A stretch of 64,000 bases of DNA, from positions 13,828,001 to 13,892,000 of the forward strand of contig OZ076409.1 in assembly GCA_964187785.1 (NCBI GenBank). The letters are read 5' to 3'. Shown here piece after piece: positions 11,001 through 23,055 of this stretch; positions within the stretch are counted from its first letter, which is position 1; each line of letters opens with the position of its first letter. Source of the stretch: Amphiscolops sp. MND2022. Lineage: Eukaryota. Under the pieces are notes generated by a model. The model was not told the DNA's origin, made no database searches, and was given only the letters and a program-made list of their open reading frames with translations. The translations under genes were made by a program, and so were the position numbers.

Positions 11001-13252
11001 GCTCTACTAAGTCCTTGGGCTAGCCTGCGATAGGCAAACGTTCTACTAGCGAAGTTAAATGCAAGAAGTTCTACTGACCTTTGATCTGCCATTTGGAGGC
11101 AGTGATAGGCTTGTGAGCAGTCTAGTTTGCAGAACAGCTGTTTCCCTGCTAGGTGTTGTGCGGCGTCTGAGAGGGTGCTGATGGGGTGGTTGTTGTTTAT
11201 GTAGTCATCTGAGATGAGGGCATTGATCTTCCGTAAGTCCACTAGGAGCCTCAGTTTGCCGTTAGGTTTGCGTTGCGCGAAGATGGGGCTGGCATATTTC
11301 GAGAATGGGAGAGTTGTGATGATCCCATATTTGTGCATCAGTGCCAATTCTACTGTGAGGTCGTCCTTGAGGTTGATAGGTACGGGGAGACTTTGTGTAT
11401 ATACCGGTTTGTCGTTTTTGGGAGTTAGGCATACTTTGAACTGGTTGTTCATTCCGATATCCAGTCGGTGGCGTGCGAAGATGTCATTGAATTCGACTAG
11501 GGTGGACTCTAGGTTTTCACGGTCTTCCCCTGTTATTAGTGAATCCTTCCATTTGAATAGCTAAAGGAATTGTGTTCTGGATTTTTCATCTTGTTTGGGG
11601 TCCAGTTCTTCTAATCTTTGTAGCTCGCGTAGTTCTCGTAGAATGCGTTGTTGGATGGGCGTGTGTTCCGATTCATCTCCGGGATTTTCGGGAGTTGGGA
11701 ACCAGAACTTCTCTTCTGTTTGTTCTGCCGAATCAACTTGCATCAATGCATTAACATATGCAACATCATCGTCGTGTTCAGTGAGTAGATTGAGGGCTGC
11801 TATATCTACTGCTCGTATCAATTTCGTTTCTTCAGGTTTCAGTATTTGTATTTCTGCTAGTTTCGTATGTGGCGTTATTGTATAGGGGAAGTCCGTGGTG
11901 TTCGCTATTTTTATCGCGACTCGTTTGTCTCGGGTTGTTGTTATTGCTGGGGCTACTATGAGTTTTGCATTTTCATCGAACTGTGGTAAAGGTTGGACTG
12001 TCCCAGTTATTGGGTGGTCGTTACTTGTAGTGATGGAAGCCTGGATGATCCGCGTAGCTTGGGCTGGTATGGTGTGTTTTTCTTCCGTCTTGATAGTGAC
12101 GGGTTTGGAGTTGCACTTTTGTCTTTCGTCTTTTAGGGCTAGAGTGATTTGTATTTTAGGAAAGTCTATTGTTCCTTGTGCAGTATCTAGGATTGCGGAA
12201 TGTTTCCGGAGGAATGCCAGGCCAATGATTGGGTAAGATGTTTTGGTCATGATGATGAAAGTCTCTTCGAACGCGTAGTCACCGATTTTGAACTGCATTG
12301 TGTATGTCGCGCGGGCTTTTTCGAGTTCTGTGTTGGCATATTGTATCTTGAAAGGAGGTGGAGGTGCCTTCGCGATTATGGTTGCGTTGGCTTCAGTTTG
12401 TATCTTGTCTGCGTCTCTTTCACTGATGATGTTGATGTAGGCTCCTGAGTCGACTAATGCATCAATTCTAGTGTTTTCAAACTCGAGAGGAATAAAGAGC
12501 ATTCTTTTCTTCTTTTTGAGGGTAATTGCTGACATTAACGGAATGTAGTCGTCATCTTTATCATGTTGTATGAATTCTTTTATGATGTTGAGATCATATG
12601 GCAGTTGTTGTGGGCATTCCGTTATTTCGTCGTCTGCATGATTGTTGTCCTGAGTTGGCAATTCGGATGCTGTTGTTGGGGGTGATACTGTTTGATCGGC
12701 TACCCCACGTTGTTCTTTTGCTTGTTGTGTCCATATTGTCTTATCCTCGATGCATATGATATTCTCTGCATCTATTGGTGTGGGCGTAGTGGTGACGGGT
12801 ATTGGCGAGGACTGTGTTGTCTTTTTTAAGATTGGTGACGGTGGTGATGGTAAGGTTGTACTCTCGGTGCATTGGGCTTGAGGATTTGAAACTTGGATTT
12901 TGAAAGAGAGTTTGTTTGTGTCATAGATGGTTGGTTCGTCCCAGGGATCACATCTATAGTCTCTGTCATATATGTAAATGCGTTCGGTCATTGATTCTGG
13001 TAGAGGTTTTTTTAGTGTCGCGTAGTTATCGGGTGATTCTGTTATCCATTGGGGTAGTGGTGTTGAGTCCTCTGGATGTCGGGCATTATGTCTGAGTATC
13101 ATGCCTACGTTCCAACGACGTTGCCAGTCTTGGGTGGGTTCTTCATGGCATTCTGTGAGGAAGTCTTCTTCATACCTATTAGGGGGGTCTTCTATTGTGT
13201 AAGCCCTTGCGTCTACCGTTTCCCCGAAGCGGAGGCGCGGCGTCCTTAGTTT
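8039..13252 (-). pseudogene. pol: pol polyprotein (protease, RT, RNase H, integrase) with one stop and two frameshifts
   Basis: ALVDSGA protease; LRLLVDLRKIN, KLDCSQAY and YVDD in RT; TDAS in RNase H; H..H..CPDC and EVD/TDKG/LER in integrase; WTGPY C-terminal module. Lesions: TAG at 11561, frameshifts near 9985 and 8740. Confidence 0.95.
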
Positions 13253-13256
13253 TTTT
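13200..13256 (-). other. Putative -1 ribosomal frameshift site between gag and pol
   Basis: Minus strand reads A AAA AAC TAA followed by GC-rich CGCCGCGCCTCCGCTTCGGGGAAACGG. The -1 frame (KLRTPRLRFGETVDARAY...) is open into the 13102 ORF. Confidence 0.75.
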
Positions 13257-14527
13257 GCTAGATTTCAATAGAAGGGATTGGTTGTTTCGCTGATTTGGTT
13301 TGTGGGTATGGCGAACTCGTGTCGTTTCTTCCTAGGGTCATTCGCCGCGTTAGCTCCGTACCAGCAGTTCTCAGTTTTGTGGAGTTTTCCACAAGTGTCG
13401 CACTTTGGTTTGGGTGGTTCATTGGTATTGGGAATGCCGTTCTGTGCTTTAGTTTCGTAGTAGCGATCTTTTCGTAGTTTGCGGCATTGTGCTTTATAAT
13501 GTCCCTGTTTGCCGCAGTGGAAGCAGCTTCCTCGATGGGTGAGTTCCTTTTTTGGTTCCGGTGTGACGACGTCGACCGTATTGAGTGGTACTAGCGTGGT
13601 TTCGTCTGGGGTTCCTAGACCATTAAGGCGCATCTCTCGTTCGAGATGTAGGACAATGTCGTTATAAGGTTTGTCCTCGAGGTAGGCTCGGTTAAGAATC
13701 TTTTTGACGTGGTCCGGCATTTTGGCGTATATGGCCTTGTCTATGAATTTCTGTGCTTCTGAGCCGAATGCTTCTTTAGCCGTTTTTTGCAGGGTGTCCA
13801 AAAATTCATGTAACTTTTGCTTGGTTGGGTCAAAATGTAGCGAATCCCATTCGCATCTGGCTTTGGCCGAAGATTGAAAAGCTCCGAAGCGCCGTTTGAA
13901 CGCCGTAATAACCTCTTCTAAGTTATCTTTTTTGGCATCGTCTAAGTTGCAATATGCTTGTAGTGCATTGCCTCGTAGTAGAGTGGAAGTAGTTGATTTT
14001 TTGGATTTCTGTTAGGTGTGGGTACATTTTTATGTTGTTTTGAAATAAGTCCTCGAAAAATTCGAATTTTTCGGACTTACCATCAAACACAGGTAGAGAT
14101 GCGGTGAGGGCTTTCGGCATTGAAGGGGGTTGAGGTGGTGGATGGATTTCCGGCTGAGAGGCGAATAGTAGTCTTGATGTCGATGGTCGTTCGTTGGGTG
14201 GCAGGCTTTGTGGGCAGACTTTGTGGGAATGTTTTCGGATTCAGAATCTGTTTCCTCAGCGGCAGTTATGATGGTTTGCTTTTTAACAGTAGGAGCTATT
14301 GGTTTTAGCATCTCCTTTTGGTTTTCAGCTAAGATTTTAGTAAGATCAGACATGATCTCTTTTCTCAACGATGATTTGATTTCCTCTAGATTTTCAGTGA
14401 GTACTCTAGGAGATTTACTCGTTCCAGCTACTGGATTTGAATTTTGGCTAGCTTCAGGCAATGGAGTCTCAATTTCAGTAGAAACTAATTCTTCAACAGC
14501 TTTTCTCTTCTGGCTTCTAGTAGTCAA
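13246..14527 (-). pseudogene. gag: gag, disrupted by a deletion at 14226 and small frameshifts
   Basis: LPVFDGKSEKFEFFEDLF capsid-type start. Zinc knuckles CFHCGKQGHYKAQC and CDTCGKLHKTENC. The start codon is TTG here versus ATG in the 3' LTR. Confidence 0.9.
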
Positions 14528-16343
14528 TTTTGAGAGAAAGAAAGAGAGAGGTTATTCTTTGGAAAACTCGAATTCTTCAAAGAAAATATGGTTTTGAAAC
14601 GAAGTATTAGCGTAGCAGGTTAAAAACAGATTAACAGATCTTACATCTTCTCAGGTATATATACTTTCATAGCATCATTTGTTCCTCACTTAAAAATTCC
14701 TAGGAATCCTTAAAATCGGTTTTGTTCATCAAAATTGCTTAATCATCCTTATTATTTCAACCCTTTGATTAATTGTTCACGATTTAAAATTCCTAGTCAC
14801 GGCTCCCTTACGGAGTGCTTGTTGAAATCATTTTTGTTCATTTTACCATTGTTTCCGGTTTGATCGCGGAAAAGGCGGCAAAATGGAAGCCTAGTTGAAG
14901 TTTCATCGCGAAAAGCACGCCGGCGTGATCAATGATTCATTCTGAGACTAGTAAAAATCACCTTGTTCATGGTAAAAGAATGACAAGCAAAATTGACTTC
15001 GGAAATATCTCGGAGTGATTTTAGGTAAATGTGCTGTGAACATTTTGAAGGGAACAAATGATGCTGGAAAAAACGGTTAATACTGATCAAGAGCTGAGAT
15101 GGCAAACAATATAGCACAGAATCATTTTAAGTTTCTGAACTAATTTTACATGTATTGGAACAAAATGGTTTAATTAATACAGAACAATGGCTCATTTAGC
15201 CCAAGGAACATAACATATCAAATGTACAAAACATCTTTTTCAACATGAAGGAAAGCACCTTTCTTTCAATGATTTCCTTTGTTTTAACCTGTAGTACGAT
15301 CGATTTTATTAGGTGTTAGACGGGAACAATTCGGAAGGGTATTATTTTAGTGTTATACTCTTTGAACATTCCTTTTTCGGTTTCGTATAGCATAAGGAAT
15401 ATTTTGATATGTTAGAACAATTTTGATTTTGTAGCATTTCTTTTTTAGTCGTTCTGTATGTATTAACATTAGGCATAATTTGTCATTTTACAATTTGCTC
15501 CGTAAGCGCTCCGTACGTATTAAGATTAGGTATAGCTTCTTCGCATTACAATTTGCTCCGTAAGCGCTCCGTACGTATCAAGATTAGGTATAGCTTCTTC
15601 GAATTACAATTTGCTCTGTAAGCATTCCGTACGTATTAAGATTAGGTATAGCTGAGCGGCGTATGCTTGCGGAGACAGAGCGGACAGCATTAACAAATTC
15701 ACTCTTATTCTCTCGCACAATTGGCGTTGCTATGGTAACTAGGGATGGTGGAAGACGACGCTATTGGTCCGTAAAAATAGAAACATCTTACTCTTCAATC
15801 AAGCTGAGTGACGCCGTCATTACGTTGTAAATATTCTCTTAAGTTGCTTAACTGCATACTTAAGTGGATATTCACAACTATTCAATCATTGGAAAACAAT
15901 TCCGCCATTCTCTTTGTATGTTCTTTCATTTTAGATTGTATGAATTCCGTTGGGACCTCGGAATTGAATTTCATTTTGGTGTTTTCATTTTAGTGTGGAA
16001 AAGAAAAAAGGTCCCAAAGTTAAGAATGTTTTTAATTTGTTGTTTAGATATGTATGGATTTTTCAGCTGACGAAACCGGAAGTAACGGAACGGTTACGCA
16101 TGAAAACTTTATACCGGAAGTTTCGTTCTGTCTAAAATCACTTTCGGATATTTTGCTTATCGCTTTCGTTAGACTAAAATCCTTTTGTTCTGATTATTAG
16201 CTCGTACTACAGTTAAACAAAGGTAAGTGAACAGTTAGGGTTTTTTACCTAGTTTTGCGGGGTATTGCCATGTCCTCTGCCTTTTGCGAACTTCGGTATT
16301 CCTCCGCAACAGGAAAAATCCCGACCGGGAGCGGGTCGTGACA
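14226..16343 (-). repeat. 5' LTR, lacking its inner ~80 bp
   Basis: Identity to the 3' LTR stops at 14226 (equivalent to 780). The sequence equivalent to 700-779 and any PBS are absent. Confidence 0.92.
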
Positions 16344-16723
16344 ATAGTTCACTTAGATTTCGTTAGAGTATCGGGGACATAAACTTGAATCAAAGTAGAA
16401 ACTACATCAGCTAAAACGATACCTAGGAAATAACGATCGATGGAAAAAGTTCTGTTCAAAAACATCCTCTTTTTTCGATATTTGCAAACGAAATTATTTC
16501 ATGGAGTTTTAACAAGATAACTCATGATTTATTCAACTTAGTATGTTTCATCGTTTTCTTTGCATGACTTTTCGCATAAAAGAATAGCCATTCCGCTAGA
16601 AATACTCTTTCAATTATCATTAAAAATAATTATCTTTTCTTCGTACTTCTACGCATGTTTTATCATGTTATGGACCCAACCTTGTCTTCTCGGTTGAGTA
16701 ACAGCTCGAGGCTCTCAGAACTG

Positions 16724-17144
16724 TTTTTTAGTCGGCGAGTTTTCCCTTAAGGAAAAAAGCCCGACTATTACAGTGGGTAGTTTTTTCAGCTGACAATCTC
16801 ACTCTGAATGGTCCACTTTTCTTACAATTCTTACAATCTTACAATTTCTTACAATTCTTACATAGCTTACAAAGTAGTATTTTTATATTATCTCAACGGG
16901 GCCAAAGGGTACTCCCTTAGAGTATTTTTTGATTCCCCTTCAATTTTTTGATTTTTTCCGACAGAATGGATGTTGAAAAATCCCAAAGGATCCCCCTTTC
17001 AGTTTTTCCGGCATTGTGAGACTTTTTTCAAAATATTTTTTTCATAAAAGGGGCCTCAATTCACCAATACTTTGACATTTTGAAGTCCTTTGGTTATTTT
17101 TGAGCCTTAGATATGGCGCCGACTTGGGCCGGCCCCGGCTTGTT
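16724..17144 (+). mobile_element. Helentron/DINE-1-like (HINE) non-autonomous element
   Basis: 5' TTTTTAGTCGGCG with nearby partial inverted repeat CCGACTA; 3' subterminal GCGCCGACT followed by a short hairpin and TGTT. Confidence 0.6.
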
Positions 17145-18991
17145 TCATATTTGAAAAACATTTAATTTTTTGAACCTTATGGACGAGCTGATTTGGGCCG
17201 TTCCCGGCTTGTTTGAAATCCTTTGACAGGTAGTTCCTATATATAGCGCGCACAAAGTGTTTTTCTCGTTGATTTTACTGCTAAACGCAATACTATTTGT
17301 TCGACTGTGCTGTTTATTTCAGAAATAATTTCGAAGGGCCGGAGCGGCAAAGACATTGTCTTTTTATTTTCCGCCCATATTCCAAATGGGAAACGAAAAT
17401 ATTTAAATCAAAGGGTTTTTTCTACGAAATTTGCCAAGCACCAAATATATATTCAAATTAAAAGGTGTCACCCACAGAATCCAATTCACATAAATGTACC
17501 TTCGTGCAACATGTAAATGTAGAGATTTTTTGGACTCTTTTGGGTATGTCCCAAACGACCAAAATAACGACAATCCCAAAAAAGACAAATTCCCGATTTT
17601 CAACGATTTTATGCAATTTTGACAATTTTTTGATAGACTTCGTGGATTAGGATGGTGAAAACGTTCAAAAAGGAAAACATTGCTGTCCAGTAGTTTTTGT
17701 GAAAAGATAAGTGCTGTTTTTCAGAAAAATGCTTCGAAGTGACACTGAAAAGCACAAAAACTTCAAAATGTTTTAAATTACAAAAATTGGTATTCAATTT
17801 TTGTCAACTTTTCGATAGGCTACGTAGCTTAAGTTCATAGTGCATTGGCTGCTTTTGAGCCTCAATTTTGTGTTGTTATAGAACATTTTGGGGCGGACAG
17901 TGTCTCGCTTGTCAGTGGGCGTCTTATTGTTGATTTTTATGTCACACAATCTTGATTCAACATTTACCTGCGAAAATTTCTAATAAAAGTAATTGATTCT
18001 TTGAAGATGCTCTTCGGATATAATTATCATATGAAAAAGAGGTCTGTATTTATTTTGAAGTATCCGGAGAAGAAAGTCTTGTAAACATGAGTTTGAGAAT
18101 TTTCGGAGAAAAAAACTGAGGTCGTGCTAGAGAAAAGCTTTTTCTTCCATCAAACTACTAATGAATGAAATATCATCTGATCGCTAATTACTAATTTTAG
18201 TAGGGTTTGATATTCTTTATTTGATTATGATTTTCAATTTTATTCGAAAAATAACAGCCCTTGGATTCAGTGGTGTGACCTGAAAAAATCCAATAAAAAG
18301 CTGAAATTTTTCGTACTTTGTTACAAGATGCCTTGTGGAAAAATAGGAAACGTTCGTTTCAGGCTCCAAAATAAATAAGGAGCCAAAATCTACGAGACAA
18401 TTTCATTAGAGGTAAATAATAGTATTATATTTGGATGTATTCTAAGATTCTAGAAATCTGATACAAAAAGAAGATTGAGAGAGAAAGTTGAATTGACGCA
18501 AATGTCTAAAATTTAGTGTCTAGGACACTTATACTGTTCGCGTAGCTCAACTACAAAGTAACTGATTACCCCACAAGCCGATTATCTCCAGACGGTAATT
18601 AATTGGTATTACCGGTACCGGTCTCAAGGACGCTTTAAAGTTCATTACAGTTTATGTTCTTCAAAAAAATCTTCTCGATCGAGAAAGGCAGCCAAAAAAC
18701 TATTTCGACGACGAAGGAACAACGAGTTTCTGCAAATGAACCCGTCGCTCTTGCCATAACTCTATTCGGTAGAAAACATTTGGAAATTGGCCAGAGTCGA
18801 ACGTGTGATTTGTCTAGAGCTCTCTTACTTAAAGAGCTGAACCACCTTAACTTTCAAGACATATACTCACTTTTTTTCGTTCAATTCCAGAAGCACCAAA
18901 AACTCAAAATAACATTTTTTAAATACGGAATCATTGAACAGCAACTTCATTCATATATAGAACATTTGTCAAACATTAATGAAACCGTTGC

Positions 18992-19487
18992 TTTTTTAGT
19001 CGGCGCCTTTTCCCTTAAGGAAAAAAGCCCGACTATTACAGTGAGTAGTTTTTTTCAGTTGACAATCTCACTCTGAGAGGTCCACTTTTTACAATTTGTG
19101 CATTTGTTCAACTTCGACCAATTTTCTGAACCCGGAGAGCGTGGGTTCGATTCTCGTACTAAACCATAAATATTTTTATGCTTCCAAAAGTACAAGTGAG
19201 ACCAGAGGGTCCATCTTTGGGTTTTTTCGGCACTATGCATCTTTTTTTCAAAATTTTTCGAATTTTTTAAAAGGGTACCCACTTGCATTTTTTTGAAGTT
19301 TTAGGTTTGCAAAAAAAGTTTATTGAGCCTAAATAACCTCTTTTTGGGTTTTTCGGCATTGTGCGATTTTTTTAACCAAATACTTTTTTTGAAAAAAAAT
19401 AATTATTTCCAACTGGTTCCAGTAGTTGTTCCTTGAACATTTTTGAGCCTTAGATATGGCGCCGACTTGAGACGTTCCCGTCTTGTT
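18992..19487 (+). mobile_element. HINE-like element, same family
   Basis: TTTTTTAGTCGGCGCC ... GGCGCCGACTTGAGACGTTCCCGTCTTGTT (subterminal inverted repeat plus AGACG/CGTCT hairpin). Confidence 0.65.
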
Positions 19488-19659
19488 AGTTTGTTTATTA
19501 ACAACTACTTTAGTTTTATACACATATATATTGTCATTGCATGAAGTTAGAGTAAGTTAGAGCATAAGTTTGAGTATAGAGTAAACATTGATATCAAAAA
19601 CCTTTTCCCGAGTACCCTTCCTTAGTATTACTTCATGGCGCATTCAGCGTACTAAAAAA

Positions 19660-21660
19660 CTTTATTCAGAAAGCAAAGCCGTAGAAACATGGACGAAGAG
19701 ACTAGTAATGTAACGAAAGAAAAAACAGCTAATCACTCCCAAACAACACAATGACAAGATCGGTAGAACCGAGAACTTCAAAGAACTTGCCTATTCCGAT
19801 CTTAGAGAAGAATGATCACACCAGTAGGTACCGTTCATCAAAATTATCAAAGCGACCCGTGACATAGACCGACTTATCAAAGGTGACAATTTCCAATGAA
19901 ATACTATCGTAGTACAGAGACCTATTGGAAGAAAAAAGATGTATCCATTTGCACAGTTGGACAATCAGCGGTCGCGGAAATGACAAAGACTGTTAGAGAA
20001 AGAAAACGAACCCACCACCATTACACCGCCTACGTACTCTTTAGATTGCAATATATTCGATAACGGAATATACACCATAGCAGAGCAGACCTCTTCATTT
20101 TGAAGCGAGAACCAGGAAAATCAGCTGCAGAAACCTAGAAACGTATACTCGAAATCGAAAAAAAAGTGAATGTGAAGAAATGGCGCCGGAACTGTTCTCA
20201 TCAGGACAATGGAAAAATTGGACACTGTGCAAAACTATGCCGAACAAAACAAAGCACAGTTCGCAAAAAAACCTATTTATCAGAAGAGCTATAAGTGCTG
20301 AAGAAGTCGAGTGGTCCCCAAACAAAATACACTCAAAAACCAGAGCGATACAATCAGCAACACAATTATTCAAAGACGGACAAACACACTTCACCATACC
20401 GAAATTGGGTTTAGCCCGCCTATTAGATCTAAATTTTACAGCAGAACACCGGTCACACTAATACCTAAACACAAACTCAATGGAAATTCGTCAATACATC
20501 CTCTTCAAGAGGAATACAGAGACGTAAACAGCAACAAAACAAAAATAGAAAGCAAAATACCAGCAAACGGCGAAGCATTCGGAAAGAAAAGACCATGGAA
20601 CTAATACTCACAACGAAAAGCCAATCCACAGTTCGAACTTGACTGGATGAAGCACTTGAGGATTCAGTTAAATACAGAAAAAACTGACCTACCAATCCAA
20701 AAATGCCAATATCAGTTGGATACATTAGATCTGGAAACACAATTTGAAAAGTTTTACGCAAAAAAAATTTGAAAAAGGAAAGAAGTGGATATTCTACTAA
20801 AACTAGATGATGAACTAATACAACAAAAGAGCCGACCACTACCGATACCACGACAACCAGCAGTCAGTAAAGGAAAATAAACCTCAAAAGAAACGGTCAT
20901 TCAGATATCAAAAATTAGCCATCAAGGAACTGGAGTTGCTAGCTCTAGTTTGGTATTATGAACAGTTCCATCCAAATGTTTATAGTAAACCAAAAATTTT
21001 TTGACGCATCATCGGGTATTAGAACCACTATCAAAACGCAATCGTTCAAACAAAACATACAGCGCACGTTTATTTTGATGGTTAAGCCGATAGCGCTAGT
21101 AACAACTAACATAAACCACATCGCCGGAAAGCATTTACCACTCATGGAGTATCTAAATAGAAACTTGAACGCACCGGCTCAGAAAGATGAAGCAGAAGAA
21201 GAAAAGTAAGTGATTAACAGCATAGTACCGCACTGCATTTTTGTTTCGAAAGCAGGTTGCCTTAGCAACCATTTCAGCCAACCACCAGCCAGCAGCGCAA
21301 AAAATGCGCTGCAAAAACGAACTGAGATCGGTCACTGGACAACACGCGTGAACAAACCGCAGTTACAAGCCTTAAACGCACTGTGATTCGTATCGAATAA
21401 ATCAACATTCAGCAACTAGCTACAACTTACGAAAGCATTAAAACAATGGACGTCAAGACCATTGACAACTTCGAATGATTGGCAACCCCGCAAGAAACAT
21501 TCGTTTTGATAGATCGGTAGCGAAACAAAGTAAAGCCAAGAGTTTACTGATTTTCAAATGGTAGGTGGAAGATATACCACGAACCAAAATTCCTCCGGTG
21601 AAGAAGGAAAGACAATCGAGGATAGACTAAGTGAAATTATCAGCTGACTCGAAACACCGC
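19660..21660 (+). pseudogene. Highly decayed Gypsy gag-pol relic
   Basis: Fragmentary RNase H-region motifs (KELELLA near 20925; HIAGKHLPLMEYLNRN near 21120) among many stops. Boundaries approximate. Confidence 0.55.
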
Positions 21661-22482
21661 TGATTGGCCTCCTTCACAATATGCGATGTTGTGCTGAGAT
21701 ACTCAGTGTCATCAGAGTTTTCTTGACTAACTTCCATTGGCTCATCTGTCTCACGAATTGATTGGCCATTTTGTTAATTATCTAGAGAAGAAATGAATTG
21801 ACGCGGTTCAATTCCTGCATATATGTCCATCTTACCGCACTTTGAAAGACCTCCGGAAGCAAGTTAAAATGTTCAAGCTCAAAACGAGTTGTTCACGATG
21901 GAGGAAGTAGTTACGTTAGATGAAAGACCTGAACAAGCCTGATTTTAACAACTTAAAGAACCAACCGGAAGGTACTTGCATGACGTAAGGTCTGAATTTA
22001 TTCTCGTTAGCAAACAGTTGGCGATTGTTTGGGGTTTAAGAACGAATCCGATGATAGGTATTCCACACCTTTGCGAAGTGATGGTGACAGGTGCGGAGAG
22101 TTTGAGAGTTGATTGGCTCTTTCTGATACGAGAAGACTGCTGCTTGTTCCTCGGTAACCAATTGGAAGGATAAATATATGGACTAGTTGTGTTCAAGTGT
22201 TAGAGATGGAATCAAAATGACCTTGAGTCAATAGGACTGGATACTAACTAGTACATAATACACATAGCTAACACTTTACATAGTTATTATGACCACCAGT
22301 CAACTGAACCGCATCGCTCTACTTCCTTTAATTCACACAATATACGTGGACTTTTACTCTCATGATAATTTGGTTCAACCAGAGCCGGACCGCTTACTTA
22401 CTAATTACACTGTAATTATTATTTATTAACAATGGACGTCGTGGCTACATGCAAAGTATTAACACAGAAGACATTTATTAGC

Positions 22483-23025
22483 GGATGCAGGTCATTTCGC
22501 CTAATGCCATTTCGCCTAAAAATTTAGTTGAGTCATTTCGCCTAAAAAAATTAGGCGAAATGACCAAACGGGAATAACGTCTAAATAATCATGTTTCGAA
22601 AAAGGCTTTCTGAAAGCGAAAATATCAAAATGTGGGGCATATGCGGTGTATGCACACTCGCCCTCACCGTCGCAAAGACCAGCTCCCACTACGATCGCTT
22701 CGCGATCTCCGTTCCCGCTAGGTCTTTGCTCCCGTTCGACCTCGCTTAGCAAGATGGAACATAAGCGGCCCCAAGGGGCCGCGGGGCACTAGAAGGAATG
22801 GGACATATCCGAGGCACGTTTTCTATTTTATATCACTTTTTAGTTTTAGATCTTAAACGATTTATTTGTTTTCCAATTTCATGTGTTTTTCACGTTTCTG
22901 AAAAAAAATTAAGCGAAGTGACCAAAGTAAAAGACGTTTCGCCTAAAAAAATTTGGCGAAGTGACCAAACACGTTAGGCGAAATGACTTTAGGCGAAATG
23001 GCATTAGGCGAAATGACCATTTCCC
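22483..23025. mobile_element. MITE (MULE-like) with tandem subterminal inverted repeats
   Basis: GGTCATTTCGCCTAA arrays inverted at both ends. TSD TTATTAGC at 22475-22482 and 23026-23033 (9 bp if the adjacent G is included). Confidence 0.85.
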
Positions 23026-23055
23026 TTATTAGCGTATGTCGAAAGGAACTTTGCG

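Larger units (their letters stand above)
700..16343 (-). mobile_element. Ty3/Gypsy-type LTR retrotransposon, full span, with extra internal genes
   Basis: Starts TGTTACGAC (700) and ends GTCGTGACA (16343). 5-bp TSD ATAGT at 695-699 and 16344-16348. ~2.1-kb direct terminal repeats. Minus-strand gag and pol in PR-RT-RH-IN order. Confidence 0.96.

Noticed and set aside
780..16343. 2.1-kb duplication as an assembly artefact or segmental duplication
   Set aside because: TG..CA ends, a perfect 5-bp TSD and scattered substitutions identify the copies as LTRs.
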